Assembly (NCBI GenBank): GCA_965662895.1
Contig: CBFIJH010000006.1
Coordinates: forward strand, 1-64,000
Direction of reading: 5' to 3'
From: Candidatus Poseidoniaceae archaeon
Lineage (GTDB): Archaea; Thermoplasmatota; Poseidoniia; Poseidoniales; Poseidoniaceae
DNA: 64,000 nt
A model generated the notes under the pieces. That model was not told where the DNA came from. It was given only the letters and a program-made list of their open reading frames with translations, and did no database searches. The translations under genes were made by a program, and so were the position numbers. This document shows positions 38,097 through 48,829 of the stretch, piece after piece; the first letter of the stretch is position 1; each line of letters starts with the position of its first letter.

Positions 38097-38654
38097 TTAG
38101 ACTCGACCGTAATACACCAACACGCAGCCTGCAAGAATGCCTCCAACTGAAATCAAGAAGCTCAAGAGCGAATGGCCAAGTGAAACTTCGTAAGAAACCA
38201 CAACCTCTGTTCCTGCCGGAAGGGCACCATCCTTTGCCCCTAAAGCGGCATAATAGGTTCCAGATTCCATTTCCCAAGTGAAACCTTCAGTCCCACTTGC
38301 TCCGGGATTGCCGGCCACAAAGTTAGTGGAACTTCCGTCGCATCCCATGCCTGAAGCAAAAAAGTTCGGCACATCTTCGCAGCGCTTCTTTTCGTCTGCA
38401 TCGACAAGACCAATCCATACATCTTCGCGATCCCAAGTAAGCGTCAGTTCTGCTGCAATGAATGCGGACAAACTGTTCTCTGGTAACGGCTCATCAGAAA
38501 AAAAGGCTTGATTCGGAGCGTTCGGTGTTGGCACATCTTCGACTTCTCCAGTGAATGTGTAGCCAATCATACCTGCTAGGAGAAGGAGAGTGCCGATTCC
38601 GACCAAGAACACGCCACCTTTCCCTCTTGAATTGAACGAATTCAACATGCTCAC
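38097..38654 (-). CDS. Hypothetical protein with N- and C-terminal TMs
   Basis: Two terminal hydrophobic helices around a beta-rich domain; coupled to cax. Confidence 0.75.
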   Translation of the reverse strand: MSMLNSFNSRGKGGVFLVGIGTLLLLAGMIGYTFTGEVEDVPTPNAPNQAFFSDEPLPENSLSAFIAAELTLTWDREDVWIGLVDADEKKRCEDVPNFFASGMGCDGSSTNFVAGNPGASGTEGFTWEMESGTYYAALGAKDGALPAGTEVVVSYEVSLGHSLLSFLISVGGILAGCVLVYYGRV

Positions 38655-39781
38655 ACCTCAAAGAAGGAAAGGGCGAGAATCGTATAACAGGCAAGCAGCA
38701 TAACACCCTCCAGCCAGTTTGTTTTCCCATCATTCAAAATGAAGTTCGCCACAAGAACGGACATGAAGGTTGCAGCAGTCTCAAGGATCCCAAATTCCAG
38801 TGAAAGGTTCACGCCCATAACCCAAGCGAAAAGGACCATCAATGGAGCAACGAATACCGCAATCTGGACGCTTGAACCAATAGCGATTGCTAAGGAGAGG
38901 TCCATCTTATCCTTTCCAGCAACCAGAACCGCAGTAAAGTGTTCAGCAGCATTACCAAAGAACGGCAGGAGTATGACACCAATGAACAAGGTTGGAAGCC
39001 CCCACCCTTCCGCAGCATCATCCACACTATGAACCAAAATCTCTGCCATCCAACCGACAAGGACGGTAGCAAGAATCAATAGAATCCAAGCATCTTTTGT
39101 TGTCATTTTCGGTTCTTCTTTTTCTTCCGCTTCAGCGGTCACATCGAACAGATGCGAATGGGTTTTGAACTGGAAAAACAGCGACAATCCATACATCAGA
39201 AGAAGGACAAGGGATGCATATCTGGACAAATCGAGTATATTCGCATCTGAAGCGCTTGATCCAGAATGATGGGCAGCAGCAGGAATAATCAGTGCAAGCA
39301 CCGCCAACAAAAGCAAACTACCGTTCATCGAGAGAGCCTCTTGGTTGAAGGTTTGCGTTCGGAATTTGTAGCCACCCCACAACAATGCAAGCCCAAGTAC
39401 GAGCAGGAGATTTCCAAGAATACTCCCGATTAAACTCGCTTGAACAAGTTGAATCATGACTTCAGCCTGATCAGCATGTTGAGCAGCGGTCCAAATTGCG
39501 AGTCCTGCGATGATGATCTCCACTGCATTTCCAAACGTTGCATTGAGAAGTCCACCCAAGTTTTCTCCGGCTCTCAATGCGATTTCCTCGGTCGCATGGC
39601 CCATCAAAAATGCAAGCGGCATGATTGCAATCATTGAGAATAAAAAAGTCAACTCAACGTTGTGTTGATACTCAAAGACAAGCGTAATTGGAACCGCTAG
39701 AAGCAACCAATTGAGTCGATTATGAAGTGGATTAAAAGCATCGAGAACTGAATGATGCGTATGTTTGCCATGTTCAGCCAT
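38651..39781 (-). CDS. cax: Ca2+/H+ antiporter
   Basis: GGLLNATFGNAVE, GSILGNLLLVLG, GNAAEH, GSSVQIA. Confidence 0.95.
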   Translation of the reverse strand: MAEHGKHTHHSVLDAFNPLHNRLNWLLLAVPITLVFEYQHNVELTFLFSMIAIMPLAFLMGHATEEIALRAGENLGGLLNATFGNAVEIIIAGLAIWTAAQHADQAEVMIQLVQASLIGSILGNLLLVLGLALLWGGYKFRTQTFNQEALSMNGSLLLLAVLALIIPAAAHHSGSSASDANILDLSRYASLVLLLMYGLSLFFQFKTHSHLFDVTAEAEEKEEPKMTTKDAWILLILATVLVGWMAEILVHSVDDAAEGWGLPTLFIGVILLPFFGNAAEHFTAVLVAGKDKMDLSLAIAIGSSVQIAVFVAPLMVLFAWVMGVNLSLEFGILETAATFMSVLVANFILNDGKTNWLEGVMLLACYTILALSFFEV

Positions 39782-39798
39782 TCGACCACACCAAGGAA

Positions 39799-42700
39799 TC
39801 AATCATCGTTTTTCTTCCGACGAACGGGACGCTTTCGAGTCGGAGCAGCCTGACGCGCAGGTCGTTTTCGCACAGGACGTTTTCGAGGCTTTTCTTCTTC
39901 CTCTTCATCGTCATCGTCATCATCATCGTCATCGTCAAGACCTGCCCAAGAGAGGTCGTCATCATCATCGTCCTCTTCCTCAACCTCTTCGATTTTCTTC
40001 TTTCGACGAGTTTTTCGCTGTACGACGTTCACTGCAAACGGATCATCTTCATCTTCAGGTTCTTCTGAAACCGGTTCGGATTTCTTTTCCTCTTGGGCTG
40101 CTGAGCCCGTTCCGGTGATGTCATCCATATCCACCTCTTGCGTGGTTCCGATGAACTCAGACATCCAATCATCGTTGTCATCATCATCGCCCTTTTTCTT
40201 CTTTTTCGGACCGGAAAGGCTCACTTGAACAATCAGGAGCGCTACAACAAAAATCACAACATTCACAACGACGGCAATCCAAACCAAGACATAAGGTGGC
40301 TCACTCATCGAAGGCGTTACGACCTCTGGTTCTGGTTCGGGTTTCAAATCTTCTTCAAATGTACAAACTGTTTGACCCTCGAGGTTGTTTCGACAAAAGT
40401 CAACCACAAAGACAACCTGTGCAGTCTTTTGATTCCCTGCAGTATCGAGCGCTCGCACCGTTATTGCGTGTTGTCCAGGATCGAACGTTCCGGCTGAAAA
40501 TTCCATGTCACTGACAAGTGAAGACCCATCTGAGTTTACGTCTGTAACGCCCTCAGCATTTGCCCAAGCTGATTGACTCGTAACACCTGTTAAGCCTCCG
40601 TAATTGAAGGTAAATCTGTACTGCAAATCAGCGATTTGGACGTCATCTTCTGCAGCGAACATGAGATTGATTTTGTTACCATAGAGGTACTTTGAACCCT
40701 CAGAGGAAGGAGATGGCGCATAGACAGCAATGGTTGGTGATTTAGCATCGATCTTGAAGGATGTATTGGTAATCACCGCTTGATTGTCCGCACGATCGAT
40801 AAGCGTTGTACGGATGGTGAGGTCACCGGCTGATTCAGAATTTAAGATTCGGAAATCATAGGTGTAGACAGGTCCTTTGTTTGGGTTCGCTTCATTGTTC
40901 GTAACAAGTGTCATTCTCGCCTCGTCGCCTGTTTCGTTGTACCCTGCCGAAGAGAAGATTTCAATCACAGGCAAGCTTTCAACGAGTAATTCACTCGCTT
41001 CAATATTGATTTTGTACAAACCTGGCACCAGCGAAGGGCTCGTGTAGGGGCTTCCGTCCTCATCGATCAACTCCAATTCAATGGTAGGCGCTCGAGTATC
41101 TTCACGAATCTCGCGCGAGTTTGCAGTGCTACCTTCAAGAATTTCAGGATTGCAGTTGTAGAATTCGTCACAAACTGTGATTGCATAGTACATCATTTGT
41201 TCAGAGCCGTCCTCGATTGGAACGTTTCGAATAAGAGTTGGCGAGGTACTACCACCAGCATTGATATCGTCCAGCACAAGCTCCCAACCTGGAGCATCAT
41301 TGGAACTGATGGATGAATCCTCAAATGGATCACCACTGTGCCTCCAAATTTGGTAAGACTCATACGGTTCTGGCAAATTCCCCCATTCCAGAGCAACAAA
41401 ACCTAGATCGCCCCGACTTTCATCGTTGACAATACTGACTCGATTGGGAGGCGTGATATCAATCTCGACTGGACCAAATGAGTTTTGATCCAACCCTCGA
41501 TACTCATATGAACCGTTGGTATGAACGTACTGCGCTTCGCTCGTGACGTAAATGAACCAGTTGAGAATTGCCCCAGTCGGCGAGATTATTTCAGGTCCAA
41601 TCACTATATCGAAAACTTGGGTATTGTCATTCACGAACCCATGATACGTTGTTTGTGTGGCGAACTGTTGCGGATTTGTTGGAACGCCGCTCGATGAATA
41701 AATATGATAACGCTCACCCTCGACTCCAAGTTGATCGGTCCAAGTAACTCGAACAGTACGATTACCGATAAATTCAGCATGAACGTTGGTTGGTTCTTTC
41801 TGCCAATCGCTGAAAGCATCTTCCTCAACGGAATCGCATGAAGTTGAACTTATATTTGCATCAAACAGTCCGATTGCATCGACCGTGACAACGCAATAAT
41901 ATGCCCAACCAAGGGTACCAATTGGAAGGTTGCGAGTGTGCGTATAAGGGGCATTTGAATCCTCCAGCGTGGTATTTTCGTAAACAGATGTCAGGAACGT
42001 TACACCACTGTTGTATACCGAACTGAAAGGCACGCCTGAAACATAGAGATCATAGCGCTCACCAGACTCACCTGGAACACCAAACCACGTCATCACCGTT
42101 TCACCAGAGCCATCAAGATACGACAGGGTATTAACTGAAAAGACGGTAACGTGACCCGGAGGACGGTTGTCTTCGAGGACGGGGTCTGTCAACGAATTAC
42201 CGGACAGGAATCGTAAGTCGACAAAATCCTCGCCTGGTCCCGTCTTGTTTGGAATAAAGTAACTGATGGCGTAATATGCTTCTTCGTTCGTATCTGGAGG
42301 AACCGTGTGCACGTAGGACTCTATGTCCGAACTCAAATTCGCAATCGGCGTTAACTGTTGGTAGATTTGAGCACCGTTGTTGCGGGATATTTCTGTCGTT
42401 GAACGCCAGATTAGAATGGTCGTGTTTGGCAAAGCTGGATTCGTATTTGGAAGCAATGGTGAGTGATAGTTGATCCATGTCAGGGTTGTTTCACTGTCTG
42501 CGAGAGAATACGACGCTTCGAAATACAAAGGTGTTTCAATCGCAGATGTCACCTCTTCGACACCTGCAGTCAACGATGAGACATCAGGGTCGAGTTCTTG
42601 GTGAGTTACAATCGTTCCATCATCGTCCCATTCAACTGTGACGGCGTAATAGAAGGTGTCGTTGGTACCCGCATCCACGAGATAGGAGACAGTATGGCCA

Positions 42701-43089
42701 GGGTGTTGACCACCCTCTGTTCCTGCTGAACTCAAACAACGGACGATTTGTGGGTAGGATGTAATCTCACACGCTGCAACCGTTGCTACAATTTGAGCAT
42801 CGTCGATGGTTGAAGTTGTGATTGGTTCCGAGTGACGATGGACAATGTACGTCGCATCGTGATAGAAGAGCACATTTCCGTTGTACGATTCAATGTTTTG
42901 CCATGAAATCGTTGTTGTTTCCGAAACTGGATCGAAAACGGCTGCGATGTTTTGTGCTTGCAAATTATCTGGATTCGTGTCCGCAGCAGTGGAAACAGGG
43001 GTTAATGGAACAAGCATCAACATCATGAGTAGGACCATGATGACGGCCTTTGGTTGGAGACTACGGTTCAGCGCGTTCGCACCCATCAC
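39799..43089 (-). CDS. Large surface protein with FN3/Ig-like repeats, C-terminal TM and acidic/basic tail
   Basis: Signal peptide; repeated 'T.l.W ... Y.i.r ... YYAvt' beta-sandwich units; RALDTAGN Ig-like motif; TM ~40230-40300. Confidence 0.85.
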   Translation of the reverse strand: MMGANALNRSLQPKAVIMVLLMMLMLVPLTPVSTAADTNPDNLQAQNIAAVFDPVSETTTISWQNIESYNGNVLFYHDATYIVHRHSEPITTSTIDDAQIVATVAACEITSYPQIVRCLSSAGTEGGQHPGHTVSYLVDAGTNDTFYYAVTVEWDDDGTIVTHQELDPDVSSLTAGVEEVTSAIETPLYFEASYSLADSETTLTWINYHSPLLPNTNPALPNTTILIWRSTTEISRNNGAQIYQQLTPIANLSSDIESYVHTVPPDTNEEAYYAISYFIPNKTGPGEDFVDLRFLSGNSLTDPVLEDNRPPGHVTVFSVNTLSYLDGSGETVMTWFGVPGESGERYDLYVSGVPFSSVYNSGVTFLTSVYENTTLEDSNAPYTHTRNLPIGTLGWAYYCVVTVDAIGLFDANISSTSCDSVEEDAFSDWQKEPTNVHAEFIGNRTVRVTWTDQLGVEGERYHIYSSSGVPTNPQQFATQTTYHGFVNDNTQVFDIVIGPEIISPTGAILNWFIYVTSEAQYVHTNGSYEYRGLDQNSFGPVEIDITPPNRVSIVNDESRGDLGFVALEWGNLPEPYESYQIWRHSGDPFEDSSISSNDAPGWELVLDDINAGGSTSPTLIRNVPIEDGSEQMMYYAITVCDEFYNCNPEILEGSTANSREIREDTRAPTIELELIDEDGSPYTSPSLVPGLYKINIEASELLVESLPVIEIFSSAGYNETGDEARMTLVTNNEANPNKGPVYTYDFRILNSESAGDLTIRTTLIDRADNQAVITNTSFKIDAKSPTIAVYAPSPSSEGSKYLYGNKINLMFAAEDDVQIADLQYRFTFNYGGLTGVTSQSAWANAEGVTDVNSDGSSLVSDMEFSAGTFDPGQHAITVRALDTAGNQKTAQVVFVVDFCRNNLEGQTVCTFEEDLKPEPEPEVVTPSMSEPPYVLVWIAVVVNVVIFVVALLIVQVSLSGPKKKKKGDDDDNDDWMSEFIGTTQEVDMDDITGTGSAAQEEKKSEPVSEEPEDEDDPFAVNVVQRKTRRKKKIEEVEEEDDDDDDLSWAGLDDDDDDDDDDEEEEEKPRKRPVRKRPARQAAPTRKRPVRRKKNDD

Positions 43090-43165
43090 ACAATACGTCG
43101 CCGCCGCCTGTTAAGAGTATGCCGATAAATAACGAGAACAACCGACGTATTTGGTCATCATCGAT

Positions 43166-43906
43166 TTACTCCGATTCATCGTGATTTGGTTGGGCGAGTG
43201 GTTGTTCCTTATCGAGTGCAAGAATCTCCTTTCGAGCTTGGGAGAATCGGATCGCAAACGTGTAAATTCCACCAAGTCCAGAGATCAAAACAACTGCCAT
43301 CAGTGGGTTCAATTCAAGATGCTCAAATGGCGATGGAGCCGAAGAGTAATCTTGTACACCAATCAACCAGAAAATACCGGTTAATGCGAGAGCGGAAATC
43401 GTAAGGATGGTTCGGTCAGCACGAGAAAAGCCGCGATAATTTCGACCACCACTCACGGCTTGTGCTTGTGTACCCATGTAGGAGCCCAAGATGGTGAACC
43501 ATGCTGCAGCCCAACCAAGTGCTGGTTCATCAACCCATGCCGCACTTGAAGCGATAGCGATAACCCACATCCCATCGAGAAGTCGGTCAAGCGTGTGATC
43601 AAGGTAGTCACCCCATCGAGAAACTTGTCCTGTTTGGCGCGCAAGTTGACCGTCAAGACCGTCAAGTACCATCGAGAAAGCAATCAAGAACGCCGCTCCA
43701 AGAAGCATCCAAGCGCCAGTATCACTCTTTGGTGCTGTGAAAGCCAGTACACTGGCCATGACACCTACTGGAAGGGCAAGCCAGGTGAGAACTGCAGGAT
43801 TTGTTCTGCCTAAACTCGAGACCAGAGGCGAGACAATCGATTCCCAGCGTTTTCTGAGTTGTTCAAGCGCCATCTCTCTCGCCTTAACCACGGGTAGAAG
43901 GGTCAT
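43166..43906 (-). CDS. CDP-alcohol phosphatidyltransferase (archaetidylinositol-phosphate synthase-like)
   Basis: LDGLDGQLAR...SRWGDYLDHTLDR signature. Confidence 0.92.
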   Translation of the reverse strand: MTLLPVVKAREMALEQLRKRWESIVSPLVSSLGRTNPAVLTWLALPVGVMASVLAFTAPKSDTGAWMLLGAAFLIAFSMVLDGLDGQLARQTGQVSRWGDYLDHTLDRLLDGMWVIAIASSAAWVDEPALGWAAAWFTILGSYMGTQAQAVSGGRNYRGFSRADRTILTISALALTGIFWLIGVQDYSSAPSPFEHLELNPLMAVVLISGLGGIYTFAIRFSQARKEILALDKEQPLAQPNHDESE

Positions 43907-44427
43907 ATGCTTATCCAGTCGATTGAATCCTCCACCGAGTTCTCAACTGATGCAGAAGTTTTGAGATTTGATACGAAATGAAGTATAGTTTCAAGCTGGA
44001 TTTCTCCAGACGTGTTGTCGATTTCCAAGACCTTTGCTTTTGGATGGAGCGTGACCAAGTCTGTCCAAACTCCACTGAGAAGTTCCCACTCGACATTTGA
44101 TTCGATCTTCGCTGGGCTATATCCACGACGCGCCGAAAGACGGTCTCGCAACACCGAAGGATTGCAGCGAAGAACAATCGCAGCATCAATTGAGCAATAT
44201 TGAGAAAGATGGCCATCGATGAAGCATGGTTTTTCACCTGTCCAATTCCATTCCGAGAGTTTGGATGTATCAATTTCTCGAAGTCCGTTGTGTTGGGACA
44301 GAGCATTTGCTTCCTGAGCGATTGTTTCCATGGAAAGAACGTGAAATCCATGTTGCTGCAGTTGCGCTGCTAGTGTCGACTTCCCAGTTCCGGGAGAGCC
44401 TGTAATTGCAACAATCCTTGCACACAT
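43903..44427 (-). CDS. Adenylate kinase, AK6/Fap7 family
   Basis: ITGSPGTGKST, IDGHLS, LRC.P..L..RL..RGY...KI..N.E.E. Confidence 0.9.
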   Translation of the reverse strand: MCARIVAITGSPGTGKSTLAAQLQQHGFHVLSMETIAQEANALSQHNGLREIDTSKLSEWNWTGEKPCFIDGHLSQYCSIDAAIVLRCNPSVLRDRLSARRGYSPAKIESNVEWELLSGVWTDLVTLHPKAKVLEIDNTSGEIQLETILHFVSNLKTSASVENSVEDSIDWISI

Positions 44428-44486
44428 CGTCTTCAGGTGAACCAATCGACGTGAAGAGTTAAACATGAGGTTTCGAATGATGCATT

Positions 44487-44723
44487 ATGGCCGCAATCGC
44501 ACTGGTGTTGATTTCAACCGAACCGGGTCAAGAACAACAGGTCGTTGCCGAACTCAGCAACATTCCTGAAATCGATGAGGCGATGGTCCTTTTTGGGGAA
44601 TATGATGTGTACTGCAAAGTGATTGTTGATGATTTCTCAAAACTCTCAGATTTGATTCTACGCAACATTCGCACTGTTCCTGGCGTGGTCGAGACGACAA
44701 CCTTGACTGCTGCTGCCAATTAA
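44487..44723 (+). CDS. Lrp/AsnC ligand-binding-domain-only protein
   Basis: 78 aa, LFGEYDV, IRTVPGVVETTT; no HTH. Confidence 0.88.
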   Translation: MAAIALVLISTEPGQEQQVVAELSNIPEIDEAMVLFGEYDVYCKVIVDDFSKLSDLILRNIRTVPGVVETTTLTAAAN

Positions 44724-44737
44724 ACGGAGGTTTGACC

Positions 44738-45478
44738 ATGTTTGGCATGTCGGACCCAAATCAAACCCTTTCCCAAATGCTCCGTTACTTTGAGGAGGGA
44801 CGGTACGAGATGGTCGAGGTGATGGCAACTGAATTCACGTCAATGCTGCTTGCCAACAAGCAACGCGACGGAGCGTTGCAGACCTTGCTCGTCAAAGGCA
44901 TGAGGGTACTGGCGGAGGTGTTGTCAAATCGCAACAAACACAAATTGGCCATTCATGCAACATCCGTTCTTCTTCGAGAGCGAAAAAAACTTGAAAAAAT
45001 TCTCAAACAAACCGCACCTGAGCTCGTATCAAAATTAACCCCGCTGGAACAAGACTTCCGAACGATTGGGCATGTTTACATGAAAGCGGGGAAAGATTCC
45101 AAGGCGCGGAAATTTTTCTTGAAAGCGAGCAAAGAAACTCCAGGAAATCTTGCAGCATTGGTGGCCCTTTGCCAGGTCGATGGTCCAAAAACAAAATACG
45201 CTGGACATCTTGCTTCAGCGGTTGAATCAGCAGGGCCTGTTCTTTTGGAACAAGGATCATATGTTCTTCGCCCTGAAGATGCGCCTGGCAGTCAAATCGA
45301 TCCAGTTCTTGCTGTCTTTGAGACGTCTGAGCGTCAGCATCCATCGTGTCTTGAACAATCTGCTCGTATTCGGAAAGAATGTGAAGAGATTGCAAGCGGT
45401 GTTCAAGCTGCAAACGAGCGACTCCAAACTGCAATGGATTCCTTAACGCCAAAGCACGACTATTACCAATATTCTTGA
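44738..45478 (+). CDS. Hypothetical TPR-like helical protein
   Basis: IGHVYMKAGKDSKARKFFLKASKETPGN TPR-like repeat; SD ggagg. Confidence 0.7.
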   Translation: MFGMSDPNQTLSQMLRYFEEGRYEMVEVMATEFTSMLLANKQRDGALQTLLVKGMRVLAEVLSNRNKHKLAIHATSVLLRERKKLEKILKQTAPELVSKLTPLEQDFRTIGHVYMKAGKDSKARKFFLKASKETPGNLAALVALCQVDGPKTKYAGHLASAVESAGPVLLEQGSYVLRPEDAPGSQIDPVLAVFETSERQHPSCLEQSARIRKECEEIASGVQAANERLQTAMDSLTPKHDYYQYS

Positions 45479-45479
45479 A

Positions 45480-45557
45480 TGGTAGCGAGGGATGGATTTG
45501 AACCATCGATCTCCGGGTTATGAGCCCGACGGGATATCCAGACTACCCCACCTCGCT
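45480..45557 (-). tRNA. Initiator tRNA-Met (CAU)
   Basis: A1-U72 pair, three G-C pairs in anticodon stem (GGG-ctCATaa-CCC), encoded CCA. Confidence 0.95.
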
Positions 45558-45657
45558 AGCCCCAACGCCACAGTCCTTCCCTTTGAAACCACCGATGTAG
45601 TATTTTTTCATCCTCTTTCGGCACTGTCTTCTTCAAGGAGGACCTCAAAGAAGAATC

Positions 45658-46473
45658 ATGGGCGGACGAGCAGGGGTCTTCTTGTTGTCGGCACTTTTGA
45701 TGTGTTCAATGTTCTCGGGTTGTCTCGGAGATGATGATGCTGAGCAACAGAAACTTATCGACCTCGTCGTACATTACGATGCAACCAATGGAACGATTCA
45801 ACAATCCTTCATCGGGGGTTTTCAGGATTCATTCACAAGCGTAACGTTTGGTTTTGATTTTGCCCGGACCACCTCCGATTATGGCTTGGAATCCTTCACG
45901 CTTGACCCTGGCGACGGCCGTTCAGTCATCAGTATCGATGCATCCGAATCAGCAAACATTGATGTCGAATACCAAATTCACGGAATGTATACTGTTGTTC
46001 TTGCAGCAACCGATATCAACGGAAATACAGCAAATCAGACCGTGGTGCTCAGGGTTGACCATTCCATCGAGTGGAGTGAGGCAAATTCTGCTGACCCAGA
46101 TACGATGGAAATTAATGCAGCATCGGGAAATGAGATTTCAACTCCAAAAGAAATGGCAATCTCTTCAATCGTTGAGAACCCAGGAAACCCTCTAGGAAGC
46201 CCTGTAAGCATAACTTGGGAATTGATCGACCCTAATTCTGCCAGTAAGGGGACCAAGTCAGCTCAGATTCAAGATGGCGAGGATGCTTCGTGGGATTTTG
46301 ATCTCAACTTTCCGATAAGTGGCATCTACGAACTTCGTTTAACCATCGAGCAAGGACAAGATCGAATCAACATCAACCATGTTGTTGACATCCTCTATGA
46401 GCAAGAAGAGTCCGTTCCAAATCCTTACCAAGCAGATGATGAATCTGAAGAAGAGAATTCTGAAAGTGAATGA
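45658..46473 (+). CDS. PKD/Ig-like domain lipoprotein
   Basis: FSGC lipobox; LDPGDG...EYQIHGMYTVVLAATD PKD pattern. Confidence 0.75.
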   Translation: MGGRAGVFLLSALLMCSMFSGCLGDDDAEQQKLIDLVVHYDATNGTIQQSFIGGFQDSFTSVTFGFDFARTTSDYGLESFTLDPGDGRSVISIDASESANIDVEYQIHGMYTVVLAATDINGNTANQTVVLRVDHSIEWSEANSADPDTMEINAASGNEISTPKEMAISSIVENPGNPLGSPVSITWELIDPNSASKGTKSAQIQDGEDASWDFDLNFPISGIYELRLTIEQGQDRININHVVDILYEQEESVPNPYQADDESEEENSESE

Positions 46474-46589
46474 AAAGTGAAAACCGATACCATGCGATGG
46501 TGTTGAATTCAATCTTCAGATTTTGTTGGCAATTTGTCCCAATCTTCGCTTGATATACCCTCAGCCATTGGTTTGGAACAAGTGATCCA

Positions 46590-47624
46590 ATGAGCACGAA
46601 AACTAAGAAGAAAACAACAAGTAAGAAGAATGAAGTCCCGACTGAGGATGAAGGGATACCAATGAAAGCCGCAGATGAGGAAGCCCCGGAGGTAAAAATC
46701 GAGGATCTTCCTGGTGTTGGTCCTGCAACTGCAGAAAAGTTGCGTGAAGCGGGTTTTGACGAGCTCCTTGCCCTTGCAGTCATGTCTCCTGCAGACCTTG
46801 CAGAGCAGGCTGAACTTGGCGAAGCTGTCGCTGGAAAAATCATCAATGCTGCCAAGAAGATGGCGAACATCGGCGGCTTCGTTTCCGGTGTAGCGCTCCT
46901 TGACCGTCGTCGAGAAGTTCAGAAACTCTCATCCAAAGTTCAATCAATCGATGACCTCCTCGGCGGGGGATTCGAAACCCAAGCTCTCGTCGAAGTGTAC
47001 GGGGCTTTCGGATCTGGGAAGACGCAAATTGGGCATCAACTTGCTGTCAACTGTACAATGCCAGTCGAGGATGGTGGTTTCGATGGTGATGTCTTTTACA
47101 TCGATACGGAAGACACCTTCCGTCCTGAACGAATTACACAGATGGCTCGCGGACATGGACTCGACCCAGACATGGTCTTGAGCCGTATACACGTCGCACG
47201 TGCATACAACTCAGCGCACCAAATGCTCCTTGCAGAAGAAATCAAAAGAATGAGCAAGGGGCTTAACGTCAAGATGATTATTGTTGATTCGTTAACAAGC
47301 CACTTCCGTGCTGAATTTATTGGCCGTGGAATGCTTGCAAACCGGCAACAGAAGTTGAATCGTCACCTCAAAGACCTCAAGCAGCTCGCTGACGTCAACA
47401 ATGCGCTCGTTTTGGTCACAAACCAAGTCCATTCTAAGCCAGACGCTATGTGGGGAGATCCGACCAAGCCTATTGGTGGCCACGTTCTTGCTCACGCCTC
47501 GACGTTCCGACTCTACTTGCGAAAAGCGAAGGGCGGACGAAGAATTGCTCGACTTGTTGACTCCCCAAATCTACCAGATGGTGAGTGTGTTTACCAGGTC
47601 ACGCAAGAAGGTCTTCGTGATTGA
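46590..47624 (+). CDS. radA: DNA repair and recombination protein RadA
   Basis: Hh[13 protein letters not shown], Walker [29 protein letters not shown]. Confidence 0.97.
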   Translation: MSTKTKKKTTSKKNEVPTEDEGIPMKAADEEAPEVKIEDLPGVGPATAEKLREAGFDELLALAVMSPADLAEQAELGEAVAGKIINAAKKMANIGGFVSGVALLDRRREVQKLSSKVQSIDDLLGGGFETQALVEVYGAFGSGKTQIGHQLAVNCTMPVEDGGFDGDVFYIDTEDTFRPERITQMARGHGLDPDMVLSRIHVARAYNSAHQMLLAEEIKRMSKGLNVKMIIVDSLTSHFRAEFIGRGMLANRQQKLNRHLKDLKQLADVNNALVLVTNQVHSKPDAMWGDPTKPIGGHVLAHASTFRLYLRKAKGGRRIARLVDSPNLPDGECVYQVTQEGLRD

Positions 47625-47701
47625 TGTTCCCTTCCGAAATTGGTTTCAACGTGGAAGTTTGGTACAATACATTCAAGTTAGGATGAAGCAAGATATGCTT
47701 C

Positions 47702-48829
47702 ATGCGTCATTTGATTGAGCGAGTGTTGGAACTGTCTGACGACGAGATTGTACCGCAAATGGATTTACAGCCGAGTGGCCAAGGTACCGATGAAGAGCTT
47801 CGAGCCCTTCTCGAATCTCTCCAACCTCGAATCCGTGTTTACGGAGTTGGGGGTGCTGGTTGCAATGCAGTTGGACGACTCGATGCTGAGGGATTGTTTG
47901 AAAATTCCTTTGTTACAGGATATGCGATCAATACAGACGCTCAGGCGCTCCTTATGTCTCCGCTTGAGCATAAGGTGCTTATTGGCCGCACCGCTCGAGG
48001 GAGAGGTGCTGGTGGAGACCCAACAAAGGGCGAGGCCGCCGCACTCGAATCTGAAATGGCGCTTCGAAGCATTACGACCGATACACAACTCGCAATCATT
48101 GCTGCAGGGATGGGTGGTGGTTCAGGTACAGGGGCTGCAGGCCACATTGCTCGTCTCGCAAAAGAACAGGGTGCGATGACCATTGCCGTTGTCACCTACC
48201 CATTCCAATCTGAAGGAGCAACTCGACGAGAAAACGCTGAATGGGGTCTTGAACGATTACGCGAACATTGCGACACAATTTTAGTCATTCCTAACGAGCG
48301 GTTGCTTGAGATTGAGGGCGTGAAGGATTTGCCACTCGCAAGCGCATTCAGAGTTGGGGACGAGTTGCTTGTTCGGTCGATCATTGGTGTTACCGAACTT
48401 CTGACCCGAGACGGAATGGTCAACCTTGACTTTGAAGATTTGAAGGCTGTTATTCACTCGGGTGCTGGAGTCGCAATGATTGGTCTTGGTGCTGGCTCGG
48501 GGCCGGGACGGGCCGAAGAGGCAACTTTGGAGGCGTTGCATTCGCCACTGCTCGACCTTGATTTCAGTGACGCTCGAGGTGCGCTTATCAATGTCGTTGG
48601 AGGTAACAATCTCACGCTTGGGGAGGCTGAAAGATGCGCCCAGATTATCACTGAACGAATTTCACCACATGCAAAAATCATCTGGGGGACAGCTGTTGAT
48701 GAAGAGCTCGATGATGAGATACGGGTCATGCTTGTTCTAACTGGTGTGAAAAGCGAACAGATTCACGGTTCCTCGGATCGACGACAGCGTAAAGCACTGC
48801 GAAGTAGCACAATTGAATTTGTAAATTAA
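47702..48829 (+). CDS. ftsZ: Cell division protein FtsZ (FtsZ1-like)
   Basis: GVGGAGCN, NTDAQAL, GMGGGSGTGAA, VNLDFEDLK, IIWG. Confidence 0.95.
   Translation: MRHLIERVLELSDDEIVPQMDLQPSGQGTDEELRALLESLQPRIRVYGVGGAGCNAVGRLDAEGLFENSFVTGYAINTDAQALLMSPLEHKVLIGRTARGRGAGGDPTKGEAAALESEMALRSITTDTQLAIIAAGMGGGSGTGAAGHIARLAKEQGAMTIAVVTYPFQSEGATRRENAEWGLERLREHCDTILVIPNERLLEIEGVKDLPLASAFRVGDELLVRSIIGVTELLTRDGMVNLDFEDLKAVIHSGAGVAMIGLGAGSGPGRAEEATLEALHSPLLDLDFSDARGALINVVGGNNLTLGEAERCAQIITERISPHAKIIWGTAVDEELDDEIRVMLVLTGVKSEQIHGSSDRRQRKALRSSTIEFVN

Noticed and set aside
39880-39990. tcatcg/tcatca microsatellite-like run
   Set aside because: Encodes the poly-Asp/Glu tail of the large surface protein
46590-47624. 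Intein in RadA
   Set aside because: Normal length (344 aa) with contiguous Walker A region
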